From NCBI GenBank assembly GCA_029262755.1, contig JAJCYU010000044.1:1-42388 (forward strand): a DNA stretch of 42,388 nt. The letters are read 5' to 3'. This stretch comes from Anaerolineae bacterium. GTDB lineage: Bacteria > Chloroflexota > Anaerolineae > Epilineales > Epilineaceae. A model generated the notes under the pieces. It searched no databases and was not told the DNA's origin. It saw only the letters and a program-made list of their open reading frames with translations. Positions within the stretch are counted from its first letter, which is position 1. Every line of letters starts with the position of its first letter. Position numbers and translations under genes: made by a program. Positions 28,877 to 40,700 of the stretch are shown piece after piece.

Positions 28877-31687
28877 ATGAGCAAGCGCACCCTCAGCAGG
28901 CTCGGACGGGTCGTTCTAGCGGCGTCACTCGGCGTCGTCGTTCTGATCGGCGTCTTGAGCGGGATTGGCCGCATGGAGGATGAGCGCGCGACGGCCGTTG
29001 ACGCGCCCTCCGATCGCGTGGCGGACGGCAAAGTGCTTGCCGATCCGCCGGCCGCGGAGCCCCTCATGGTGGCTCTGAGCGGCGGCACGAACCTGGCTAC
29101 GAGCAGCGAGCTCGAGGTGACGCAGAAGTTCTCGTTGCGCGCGGGTTGGAACGCGATCTACCTCGAGGTGGAGCCGCGCAACACGTCGCCGATGGTGCAG
29201 GTGGACCTGGACGGCGACGGCAACCCGATCATGGAGCGCGCGCTGAGTACGGTGGAGTCCGTGTTCAATCCGATAAGCACGTCGTTGGTCGCCGTGTGGG
29301 AGTGGCGGACGCCGGTCAGCACGAAGGACTTCATCGCCGACCCGAGTGAAGGGCTGTGGGATGAGCCGGGATGGCGCAAGTACTACCCCGGCACCAGCCC
29401 GGGTCCGGACGGGGAGTCGCGCGAGTTCTTGAACGACCTGATCAACCTGCACGCGGGTCGTGGCTATCTGGTCGAAATGACCACGACGCTGGGCACGCCG
29501 GCCCTACTGGAAGTTGTCGGCGACCCGGAGCTTCGCCGGCCCCGCCGCGAGGTCGGCGCCTATAACTTGGGTGGTTTCCCGATCGAGCCTTCGGTCTCGC
29601 CCGACATGAACGGCTATCTCGTGCCGCTGCCGGTGGACGAACTCTACGAGATCAAGCCGGATGGCACGTGGCTGAAGACCTGGACCCGCAGCGGTGGCAA
29701 TGCCTTCCCGACGAGCACGCTGAAGTATGGCGAGGGGTACCTGCTGAAGGCGAAGGAGGCCGGCTCGACCGGCTCTCCTGACCTGTTCACAAAGAACGGG
29801 TTGCTCGATATCGAGGCGTCCGACAGTCGTCTGATCTTCGATGATCGCGTCGCCGCGCTGGTCACCGAGCAGCGCGTCACCGTTCGCAACCGCGGCCCGG
29901 CGGCCGCCAACGTGTCGGTGTCCCGACTGGCCTCCGCGGTGCCTGTCGAACTGGAACTCGAAGAGCCGGCGAGTACCTGGACCGCGGTGAACGGCTCGGC
30001 GATCACCGTCAACGTGCCGGCCAGTAGCACGCGCGACTTGAAATTCAGGGTGCGTGCCGGCGCGCAGGTGAAGGACGGCGCATCGCTGATCCAAATTGCC
30101 TCGACCGCCCTCGGCACGCGCTGGCTGATCCCAACGAGCGTGAGCAGCCCGAACCGCCTCGGGTTGTGGGTTGGGGACGTCTATGTGACCGAGGTCAGCG
30201 AGGGGCGGGCGGGCTCGACGAATGTCGATGAGGCCAAGTTGGCCATTGGCCTGCGCGCCTTTAGCGACTCCGGAATCCGCGGCGGCATTCAGCTCACCGA
30301 GCTTACTGCGACGAACGCGACCTCGATGGTCTTCACACTTGAACTGCCCGAGCCGGTCATCGTCCGGCCGACGGGAGAGGACGCGCCCGTGGCCCCTTCC
30401 GTGGGTGGATGGTTCTTCGAAGACCGCTCCGCCAACGGTCGCTACGATGGCAACGAGCCCGGCTTTGAGGGCATTACCGTGACGCTGACCGGTCCGGCGA
30501 CGCTCAACACCGCCACCCGCTCGGACGGATCATGGTTCGTCGATAACGGCGGCACCGGCATGGCGGACGGCGACTACGTGATCACCTACGCCGTGCCCAA
30601 CACCATGACGCTGATGAGCATGACCCAGGACTTCACGGTCACCGAACCACCAACCATGGAGACCGGCGCGTCCTTACCGACACCGGTGCCGGGCGCCACC
30701 GCCACGTCAACCCCGGCCTCGGTCACCCGTCCCAATCACTGGCCGGTCGAGGTGTCCTTGTCCGGCGGCAAGATCGACGAGTACAAGGTCAAGAATACCG
30801 CGGGCACGGAGACAACCCTGACGCCGCCGCTCGACGTCAATGGAGACCCAGACTCGGTCTCTCTCGACTTCGGCTGGGTCACGGAGTACGACGCCTTCCT
30901 GGCCAACGGCACGTGCAGCAATGTGACCGGCGGGACGGAGAGTTCCCTCGGCGTGGTCAAGAACGGCACGCTCGAAGTCGCTAGGGCCAGCACGGTCATT
31001 CGTCAGCCCCTTGCGGCAGGTCCGACCTGGCTGTTGGATACGGTCAACCCGTTCCTGATTCGGCTCAAGAAGAAACCGCCGCCCACATCCCCTGACGTGG
31101 TCGCGTGCGGTGAGATCCGGGTCGGCATGCCGGTCGCCGGCTCCTTCCAATACCGCGTCATCATGCGCGTAGAGGAAGAGACGGCCGGTGCGACCACCTT
31201 CAAGACCGCCGAACTCCTGCCCTACTACATCACGGCCCAGGACAACCGCGTGTCCGCGATCAACACGTCGATCGTGAAGCCCGTCAAGCGCACGGGGACC
31301 AGCAACTTCGCCCAGGGCGAGACGGTCGAGTTCAACGTGACGGTCGATCCGCGCGACCCGCGCAACCCCTTCAAGCACAAATACCACCCGGACCTCGACA
31401 ACCTGGACGTGAAGTTCAATCCGATCGACCTGGGTCAGGTACCGCCCTATCTCTGGGAGGTGCCGGAGATACGGCGACGAATGAAGTTCACGTTGAGTGC
31501 CTCCGTGCCCTCAGAGCTCAACCAGACGGCGGAAGTGCTCGGCTGGGGAGGCACGGTCTGGGGCGGACAGTATGAAGAGATCATCAAGGGCGTGCACAAA
31601 CACGACCTGACGGTGCGCGGATACTTCCTCGCGCGACGGGTTAGAACGGCCGATCAGGTCGCGGCGGAAACGCAGGATTTTGATTGA
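28877..31687 (+). CDS. Uncharacterised exported or membrane-anchored protein (936 aa) containing an SdrD B-like domain
   Basis: ATG 28877 follows GGAGG; N-terminal hydrophobic helix; motifs LRAGWNAIYLEVEP, GLWVG, VGGWFFEDRSANGRYDGNEPGFEGITVTL and NPFKHKYHPDLDNLD. Confidence 0.88.
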   Translation: MSKRTLSRLGRVVLAASLGVVVLIGVLSGIGRMEDERATAVDAPSDRVADGKVLADPPAAEPLMVALSGGTNLATSSELEVTQKFSLRAGWNAIYLEVEPRNTSPMVQVDLDGDGNPIMERALSTVESVFNPISTSLVAVWEWRTPVSTKDFIADPSEGLWDEPGWRKYYPGTSPGPDGESREFLNDLINLHAGRGYLVEMTTTLGTPALLEVVGDPELRRPRREVGAYNLGGFPIEPSVSPDMNGYLVPLPVDELYEIKPDGTWLKTWTRSGGNAFPTSTLKYGEGYLLKAKEAGSTGSPDLFTKNGLLDIEASDSRLIFDDRVAALVTEQRVTVRNRGPAAANVSVSRLASAVPVELELEEPASTWTAVNGSAITVNVPASSTRDLKFRVRAGAQVKDGASLIQIASTALGTRWLIPTSVSSPNRLGLWVGDVYVTEVSEGRAGSTNVDEAKLAIGLRAFSDSGIRGGIQLTELTATNATSMVFTLELPEPVIVRPTGEDAPVAPSVGGWFFEDRSANGRYDGNEPGFEGITVTLTGPATLNTATRSDGSWFVDNGGTGMADGDYVITYAVPNTMTLMSMTQDFTVTEPPTMETGASLPTPVPGATATSTPASVTRPNHWPVEVSLSGGKIDEYKVKNTAGTETTLTPPLDVNGDPDSVSLDFGWVTEYDAFLANGTCSNVTGGTESSLGVVKNGTLEVARASTVIRQPLAAGPTWLLDTVNPFLIRLKKKPPPTSPDVVACGEIRVGMPVAGSFQYRVIMRVEEETAGATTFKTAELLPYYITAQDNRVSAINTSIVKPVKRTGTSNFAQGETVEFNVTVDPRDPRNPFKHKYHPDLDNLDVKFNPIDLGQVPPYLWEVPEIRRRMKFTLSASVPSELNQTAEVLGWGGTVWGGQYEEIIKGVHKHDLTVRGYFLARRVRTADQVAAETQDFD

Positions 31688-31761
31688 TGCGAATACGTGA
31701 ACGTGGCCCATCGCGGAACGGACGCCCGACGACCCAGAAGCAATTCTCTGAGGAAAAGCGG

Positions 31762-34700
31762 ATGAGCAACTCACGCAACCGAGGCATTTCCAACACACGA
31801 GGCAGGCGCACGGCGCTGGCCATGGGCATGGCCTTTGCGGCCGCGACCGCAGGCGGTGCCATGATCGCGCTGCCGGGTGCCCTTGCGGCTCGAGAGGCCC
31901 CGACGCGGGCTGAGGACGGGCTTACCCAGCAGGGCCGGAGTGCGCCGATCGCGGACGCCTCCGCCGCGCTGGCGGCCGTACCACAGTCCGTGGCGGCACA
32001 GGCCGCGACGATCGGTCGCACGTGGCATGTGAGTACGGCGGGGAACGATACGGCAAGCTGCGGCACGCAAGGGGCGCCCTGTAAGACGGTGAGCTATGTG
32101 CTCGGTTCGGCTCGGCCGACTCAGGGTGGCGACGCCGTCAGTGCCGGCGACGTCGTGGAACTCGCAGATGGGACGTTCGAAGAGAATCTGGTCGTCAAGA
32201 ACCGCAATGTCACGCTGCGCGGTCAGGGCACGAGCCGGACGACGTTGGCCAATAGTGCAACGTTTGGCGACCTCGACCAGCTAATGCAGACGATCACGGA
32301 GACCAACGTGTCCGCCGTCGCGGTGGCGGACTTTAATGGCGACGGCCGTATTGACCTTGCCGTGGCCAACAAGGGCACAGGCGGGCGCAGCCGGGTCTAT
32401 CTCCACACCGGTGCGACGGCACCGTACTCGGGTGTGACGCCGGTGGAGCTACACTCGCCGCCGGACGCCCTAGACACTCGCGCGCTGATCGCCGGCGACT
32501 TCAACGGGGACGGTCTGATCGACCTCGCGGAAGGCAACGAGGGTGGCGCCACACGGCTGTTTTTGAACAACGGCCTCGGTGGCTTCGGCGCAGGAGCGGA
32601 CGCGCTGGTGACCCAGACAAACGCGACGCGCTCGCTGGTCGGGGCCGATCTCAATGGGGACGGCAACCTCGATCTAGTCGAGGGCAACTACAACCAGACC
32701 AACCACGTCTATCTCGGCGCCGGCAACGGCACGTTCATGGACGGAGGCGCCATTACGACCGACGCGGACAAGACGCGGTCCGTGGCGGCCGGCGATGTGG
32801 ACGGCGATGGTCGGCCCGACGTGCTGGCTGCCAACGAGGGCGAGAAGAACCGCCTCTATCTCAACAACGGCCAAGGTGTGTTCCCCGCCGGCACGGACAT
32901 CGACCCAACGGCCACCAACGGGTCATCGAGCGCAGTGCTATCGGATGTCGACGGTGACAACCGGCTCGACGCGCTATTCGGCAATGACGGCCAGGCGAAT
33001 CGCGTCTACCTGAACAATGGCACCGGTCTGCCCTTCAGTGGTGTCGCCGGATCGACAATTAGCACGGATACGCACGCCACGCAGGCCATGGCGGTGGGCG
33101 ACGTGGATGCCAATGCGGATGGTCGGGCCGACGTGTTTGTCGCCAACGCCGGCGCTCCGGGTGCGAATTTCGTCTACCTCAATGCGGGCGGCACGGCGCC
33201 ATTCTCCGGAACGGTGCGCAACGGGCTGGGCACCAGCCACCTCGCCTCGACCGCGTTGGCGCTCGCAGACCTGGACGGCGATGGGGACCTCGACGTGGTC
33301 GATGCCGGCGGCGGAACGGTCAACCTCTGGCGCAACGGTCTTGCGTTGAGCACCGGCCGTCCGCTCACGTTGGAGCCCGGCGATGGACGGCTCGTGGTGG
33401 ATGCTTTCGGCGGCACGCCGATGTCGATGACGATTCCGGCGGGGGACACCTCGAGTTCGCCCGACAGATTTCACAACAGCGTCGCCACGGCGGACGTGGA
33501 CGGGGATGGCGACCTGGACGTGGTGCTCGGGCGGAGCGGCGCCTACGGACCCATTGGTGAGAACGGCTACGGTGACTCACGGGCGCCACAGGTGTTCTTG
33601 AATGACGGTACAGGGGGGCTCACCCTCACCCCGCCGTTGAAAGACGAGAACAGCACCTATCGCAATGACAGCCAGTACATCGATCTGGGCGATCTCACGG
33701 GCGACGGTCGGCCGGAACTCGTCGTGGCCAGCTACCGCTGCCAGTGGGCTGCGGGTAGTTGCGCCCCCGGCATCTTTGCCTATTTGAACACTGGATCGAT
33801 CACGCATCCCTTTAGTGCGGAGCCGGTCGTCATTCGCAACGACTACTATGGCACTGTGGCACGGATCGCTGACATCAATCTGGACGGCCACAATGACATC
33901 CTCTGGGGAGACAGGGGCGGCGGTCACGGAATCGACGTCTGCTACGGGGACGGCACGTGGCCCTTCGATGGCAATACCTGTACGGGGGAGACGCCGGGGG
34001 ATTGGTCGCTAGACATCGGCCTGGCGGACTTCAATCGGGACGGCGCACCCGACATGGTGACCTCCGGCGATAACTTCATCCATGTCGTACTCAACCGCAA
34101 GACGGGCAACCCCTCCGACCGTCAATTCAGCGGCACTGGCGTGAAGACCTATCGGTTTGACTTTTCCTACAGCACCTACCGGCTCGCTGCACACGACTTC
34201 ACGAACGATGGCTGGCCGGATTTTGTTGCGGGCTTCTCGATCAAGAACGAGCCGAAACTCTTGCTGTACGCGAATAGCCAGGATCCGGATGACCCATTCG
34301 GTGGGGTCTCGCCTGTCGTGATCGAACCTGGGAATGTCGGCTCCGACAACGGAAAGGGTGTGCGTGGATTTGGCGTTGGCGATGCCGATCGCGACGGGGA
34401 CTTGGATCTCGTCGTAACGTTTTCGAATCGCAGTGCCTCTGACCCACAGCCGACCAAGCTGTTCCTAAACAACGGCTCCGGTCTGCCCTTTGTCGGGGTT
34501 ACGCCGATCGTGCTGGACGGCGATGTCACGGAAGGCAATCGGTGGGATGCGGAGATCTCCGATCTAACCGGTGACGGCTGGCCGGACATCATCCTGCCGA
34601 GTCGCTACGAGCCCACTTACGTCATCAAAAACAATGGCGCCTCGCCGTTCACGGGCGGGGCGAATGATCTGCTCATTGGTCCGGCATCGGGCATGACCAA

Positions 34701-37700
34701 GACTCTGGACTTGCATATGGTCGATGTCGATGGCGATGGTCGCCCGGATGCACTCAATGTCTTTGGCGGTAGCGCACCATCGGCCGAACTGTTCATAAAT
34801 AACGGCACGGGCGATCCCTTCGAAGGGACCTCTCCCTCCGGCCTCAACGTGGCCAATGCGCGCTCGGTGGCCACGGGCGACCTCGACAACGATGGTGACC
34901 TCGATGTTGTCTTTGGTGTGAGGGGTGTGATGCCGCCCGCGCCGACAGCCACGGGGGCACCGTCACCCACTCCGACATTGACGCCCTCCCCCACGCCCAC
35001 GGGCGGATTCACGCCGACCGCGACGGTCGCGCCGACCAACACGGTTACACCTACCGCAACGACCACCCCTTCGCCGACCGCCACGCCATTGATCGGTAGC
35101 CCCTTTACCAACAAGGTCATCCTAAACGGGGGTGCCGGCAGTGGCGTCGATCCCTATTCCGGGATTACGCCGACCCAGATGTCGGGCATCCTGCGCAACA
35201 CGACCGCTATCGTGCTGGCAGACTTTGATGGTGACGGCAAGCTCGACGCGATCACCGGCAACGGCGGTGAGGAGGGTGCCCAGAAGAACGTCTTCTACAA
35301 GGGCAACGGTGATGGTACATTCGCCACTGGCGTCGACGGTTGGTCGGCCACTCGGACCACGTATGGCCTCGCCTACGGCGACGTGGACAAGGACGGCAAT
35401 GTCGATGTCGTTGCCGCCAATGACACATCGGCCATGCGGCTGTACCGCGGCAACGGTGCCGGCGGCTTCCCTGCTGCGAATCGCCACGACCTGCCCAACA
35501 GCGGGGATGGCGTGCGCGCCGTGGCCCTGTTTGATGTCGACGGGGATGGGGACCTAGACCTCGTCACGGCCGCCTCTGCGGCCAGCGAGCCCAACCGGAT
35601 CTACCTCAATACCGGCACGGCGCCCTTCTTCACCACCGGCAGCAAGATCGACCTGCCCGATCCGGCGGCTTCCCACGACGTCGATGTCCAGGACATCGAT
35701 GGCGATGGTCGCTTTGACATCGTGGTAGCCAATCGTGGTTCTGCCAATCGAGCCTACCTCCAAGGCGTCAGCGCCAGCACGTGGAGTGCAAGCGAGGTTG
35801 GCTCGGGAGTGAGCAATACGATCCAGATCGCGGCGCTCGACACGAATGGCGATGGCTCCGTGGACATCGTGGCTGGACACGAGGATCACGTCAACACGAT
35901 CACGCTTAACGCTCGCAAGACCGTCCCCTTCGGCGGCAGTGCCTTCCTCAACCCCGTGGGCAACGACACGCAAGACGTCGAGCTCTTCGACGTCGACGCG
36001 GACGGTGATCTCGATGTCGTGACGGGCAATGGCGGCGGACGTTCGATTGGCCAGGCCAACGAGGTGCAGCTCAATCGGGGCAATGGCACCTTCGAGGTGC
36101 CACTGACGATTGGCTCCGATCGTGACCGAACGACGGGCATCGAGGTCGGCGACGTCAACGGGGACGGCAACCCCGACATCGTCGTCAGCAATGGGGGTAC
36201 GACAGCCGCCGAGAACAAGATCTACTTGCACAGCGGCAACGCCACGGGGCCCTTCCAGAATGTTGCGGCGCAGAATGTCTCCGACGAGCAGGAAAAATCT
36301 TCGGACCTCGCGCTCGTCGACATTGATGGTGACAATGACCTCGATCTCGTCGTGGTCAACGACGGTGCCGTCAACCGTGTCTACTACAATTCCGGCGGCC
36401 AATTCAGCGGCAACCAGGGCAGCGGCGGCGATCCCATCACCGGGGACGGTGATGCCTCAAGAGCCTTGGCGGTCGGAGACCTCAATAAGGACGGCCGCCC
36501 CGATATCGTGGTGGCCAATGTCGGTGTCAACAAGGCCTTTCTCAACGACGGCAGCGGTGCCTTCGCGCCTTCCGTACAAGCAAGCGGTGACGAGTCCTTC
36601 GGCGACAGTGGCGGCCAGTCGGTCGCCGTAGCCGTGGGCGATGTCGACGGCGACGGCGACGATGACACGGTGATCGGCAACGCCAACCAGAAAGACCGGC
36701 TCTTCCTGAACTCCGGAAACGGTCGATTCGGCAACCCCATTGACCTGGTTGGTCGCACAAGTGTGCTATCGCCGGCGCTCTCCGTGACGAGCACGACCAG
36801 CGTGGCTCTGGCCGACGTGGATGGAGACAATGATCTCGATCTCATCGTCGGTTACAGCAATCAGCCCAAGGACCTCTTCCTCAACGAAGGTGGCGCGAAC
36901 CCCTTTGGCGGCGAGGCCGTGGGTATCGACGGCTTCGACAGCGCATCGGCACTCACGCTCGGCGACATCGATGGCGACCAGGACCTGGATCTAGTCACGG
37001 GGCGCTCCGGTACGGGCGACGCGGGACGCAACATCGTGACCTTTAACATCAAGGGCTCGAAGGTTCGAGTCGAAAACATGACCCTGGCGCGGGGCAGTGC
37101 GGAAGACGGCGGCGGAGCGCTCAGTCGTTTTGGCACTCTGGAATTCAAGGATTGTCGCATTGCCAACAACACCGCCAGCAAAGATGGGGGTGGTGTCTGG
37201 GTGGATAAGAACGCCGCCTTGGCGATATCCCACTGTACTGTGGAACGCAACAGCAGCTCCGGCCGAGGCGGAGGCATCTACCTTGGTGCCAGCGCGGACT
37301 CCACGACACTGAGCGACGTTGAGTTCCTCAACAACACGGCCAACATCGGCGGCGCCATGTTCAGCGGCGTCGATGAAGAGATCGAGGACAGCACCTTCGA
37401 CGGAAACCGGGCGGCGAACAACGGCGGTGCGCTCTTCAGCCAGGGCAAGTTGGATGTTCGTGCAAGCACGTTCAGCCGCAACACGGCGGGCGCGGACGGC
37501 GGCGCGGTGTACATCGGCGCCGAGGCCTCACTCAAACTTGTGAACGGCACCGTCAGCTACAATGTGGCCAAGGGGAACGGGGCCGGAATTTACAACGCAG
37601 GTACGGCAAACCTGCGCTTCGACACCTTCGTGGCCAACGCTCTGCAATTCGTGACCGTGCCGGTGCGCGACCCCAGTCTGGTCAAGGGTGTCACGCTCTT

Positions 37701-40700
37701 CAACGCTGCAGGCGCCACAGCAGAGACGATCGCAACGATCTTTGCGGAGCCCCTCGTCTTAGGCGCACCGAGCGCGAACTCGACCGTCGCCGAAAACTGC
37801 AATACGGCATTGGCGTCGCAGGGCAACAACCGGGTCTTCCCTGGACGCGTCTCGGCGGCTGGAGGCCAGACCGACTCGAGCTGCGGCCTGGCCCTCGACG
37901 AAGAGTTGACGGTGGCGCACAAGCTCGGACCGCTCGCCAACAACGGCGGCAAGACGCTGACTCACCGCCCGTTCAAGACCGATGACACGGTCTTGGACGT
38001 CGTGTCCCCCGCCAGCTGCGAGGTCGACATCGACCAGCGTGGCCGTGACCGCCCGTCGGTCGGCCTGCGCGACGCCGCCCAGCCCCGAGCCTGGTGTGAC
38101 GTGGGCGCCGTGGAGATCGGCGCCGCGACGCTCTTCGTCTGCGGTCCGCCCCTCTCGCGCGCAACCCACCGGCCTCGCTGCACCTTCCTGTCTGTCAAGG
38201 ACGCGATGGCGCAGGCCGACCAGGGTGACACGATCGTCGTCAGCGGTGTGGTCACCGAGACGGTTGTTGTCAACAAGGACGTGGTCCTGACCGGGCCGCG
38301 CAAGGAAGACAATCTGGAGCCCGGTACGCATATGGGCTTCCTGCAGTTCTCGCCGAACAAGCCGAAGGGCCTCGGCCTGGTGACGGGCACGGTCGTTAGT
38401 GTCCAGCCGGGTATCTCGGCCACGATCCGCAACCTCAACATCCGTCACGGCGACGGCAAGGACGGCGGCGGTGTGCGCAACGAGGGCACCTTGCTGATCG
38501 AGGGTGCGTCGATCTACAACAACGCGGCCGTCGACGGCGGCGGCGTGCACAACAAGGGCATCCTGAAGGTCATCAACAGCACGATCACGGAGAACGAGGC
38601 CAGCGGCGACGGCGGCGGCCTGTTCAACGCCAGCGGCGCGACCTCCAACCTGCACAGCGTGACGTTGGCCGACAACGGCACCGGTGCCAATCGGACCTTC
38701 GGCGGTGGTGCCAGCCGCGACGGTGACGTCGGAGACATCGACGGCGACGGGAATCTGGACCTGGTCGTGGTGCGTGATAGCTCGGTCTGGTTCCAGAAGG
38801 GCAAGGGCAGCGCGGCCTTCGACAATGCGGTCGACCTGGGCTCGTTGCAGCTATCGGCCGGCGACGTTCCGTTGTCCGTCGTAGTGACGAACGTCAATGC
38901 CACGGGCGCGATGAGCGACACGTTCCTCGACATCATCGTCGGTCACCGTCGCGGCAGCCCGCGGCTGTACAAAGGGAAGGCTGGGGGCTCGTTTGAGGCG
39001 CCCGTGTTGATCGATCCTGCACAGGGTGCCGGCGAGACCCTCGAAATCAGGTCTATTGCCGTCGGGGATGTCAACGGGGACGGCCGCGTTGACGTCGTCG
39101 CTGCTACAGGCTTCTCCAGCCATCACAACCAGCTCTACACGGGCGCCGTAAGCCCTACCTTCAATGCGGCGGTCGACATTGGCGGCGCGAGCGACAAGGA
39201 CGAGGCCGAGGCCATCGCGCTGGCCGACGTGGACGCGGACGGCAAGCTCGACCTGGCCGTAGCGACCGGCGGTAACACGGTGGCGCACAAGATCTACGAA
39301 AACGACGGCAGCGCCGGCGTCTTCGCCGACGGCCGCAAGATCGGCGAGATCACCGGCACAAACCCTGACTCCTTCCACGGCCTCAGCATCGCGGCGGGCG
39401 ACCTGGTCGGCGATACGAAGCCGGACCTGGTCATCGGCAATCTGGGTGGCCGGTTCTGGCTCTTCGAAGCGACCGGAGCCTTCACAACCCAAGGCGGGTT
39501 TGACTCCGGCGACACCTATGGCGACAGCGACGGGATCGCGGTCAACGCGCTCGCGCTCGGCGACATCGACGGCGACGGCAAGCTGGACGTCGTGGCGGGC
39601 CACAATGCGCCCAAGCGCAAGACCTACCACCCGAATATGGGTAACGGCACGCTGCGCGCGCCGATTTTCGTTGGCGCGGACAACGATGCGATTGACGAGG
39701 CGACGGTCGGCGACCTCATTCTGGCCAACCTGGACGGCGACACGGCTCCGGATCTGGTCGGGCTGCACCTGGGCTCTGCAGACAAGGTCTATCCGAACCT
39801 GCGGGCATCGAAGCCGGACGAGCCCTTCAAGCAGGGCACGACCGGGCCGAACAACATGCACAACTCCAGTGCAATCAGCGGATCCGTGACGGCGCGCAAC
39901 AGCTTGCTGCGCGCGCTCGAACCGTCCCCGTCCGGTGTGCAATGCACGGCGGCGATCACCACGAACACGATCTTCGACGGCGGCGGCAACTTCGTGTGCG
40001 CCGAGAAGTGCTTCAACGGCGGACCGCTGGCGATGGCCGGCGGCGGCGGCGGTCCACTCGTCGCCGCACAGGCGCGCACGGATAGCCTTGGCACGCGATT
40101 GCGTCGTGGGATTCAACGATTCTTCAATCGTGGATCGGAGGATGACGTTGCGGAAGCCAACGGCGCCTCCATCGACGCTGCAGCCGGCGTCGCGCAGGCG
40201 GCTGCGGCGCCGACGCCCATCGGCTCGTGGACCCGCCGAACTGATGTTCCAGCGCCGCGGTCGCAGCACGGCGCGGCGCTCCTGGGCGATGGTTTGCGTA
40301 TCCTGGTAACCGGCGGCAAGGACACTAACAACGCGGCCATGACCAACACGACCATCGTTGACTTCATCAGCAACTCGCCGCCACGTGACGTGAAGCCGAT
40401 GGACGACGGCCGCTATGCGCATTCGACGACCCGCGTGAACCTGCAGCCGAATCAGGGTGAAGACGCGATTTGGCGCGTGCTTGTCACGGGCGGGCGCCAA
40501 GGCACGATGGCCAGCGGCATCATCACCAGCACCGAGCTCTATACAACGACCCCGTCGCCCGACGGCGACTGGACGGATACGGGCAACCTCAATTTCGCTC
40601 GTTCGGAGCACGTCGCGACGTCCGTTTCCCACGATCGGTCGCAGGGCATCGTCGTGACCGGCGGCAATGGCCGCTCCGGCCTGCTCGACACCGCCGAGAT

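Noticed and set aside
31762..31890. Twin-arginine (Tat) signal GRRTAL in the giant ORF
   Set aside because: It is only a loose match to S/T-R-R-x-F-L-K, and Tat export of a folded protein over 3500 aa is implausible; treated as a generic signal peptide.
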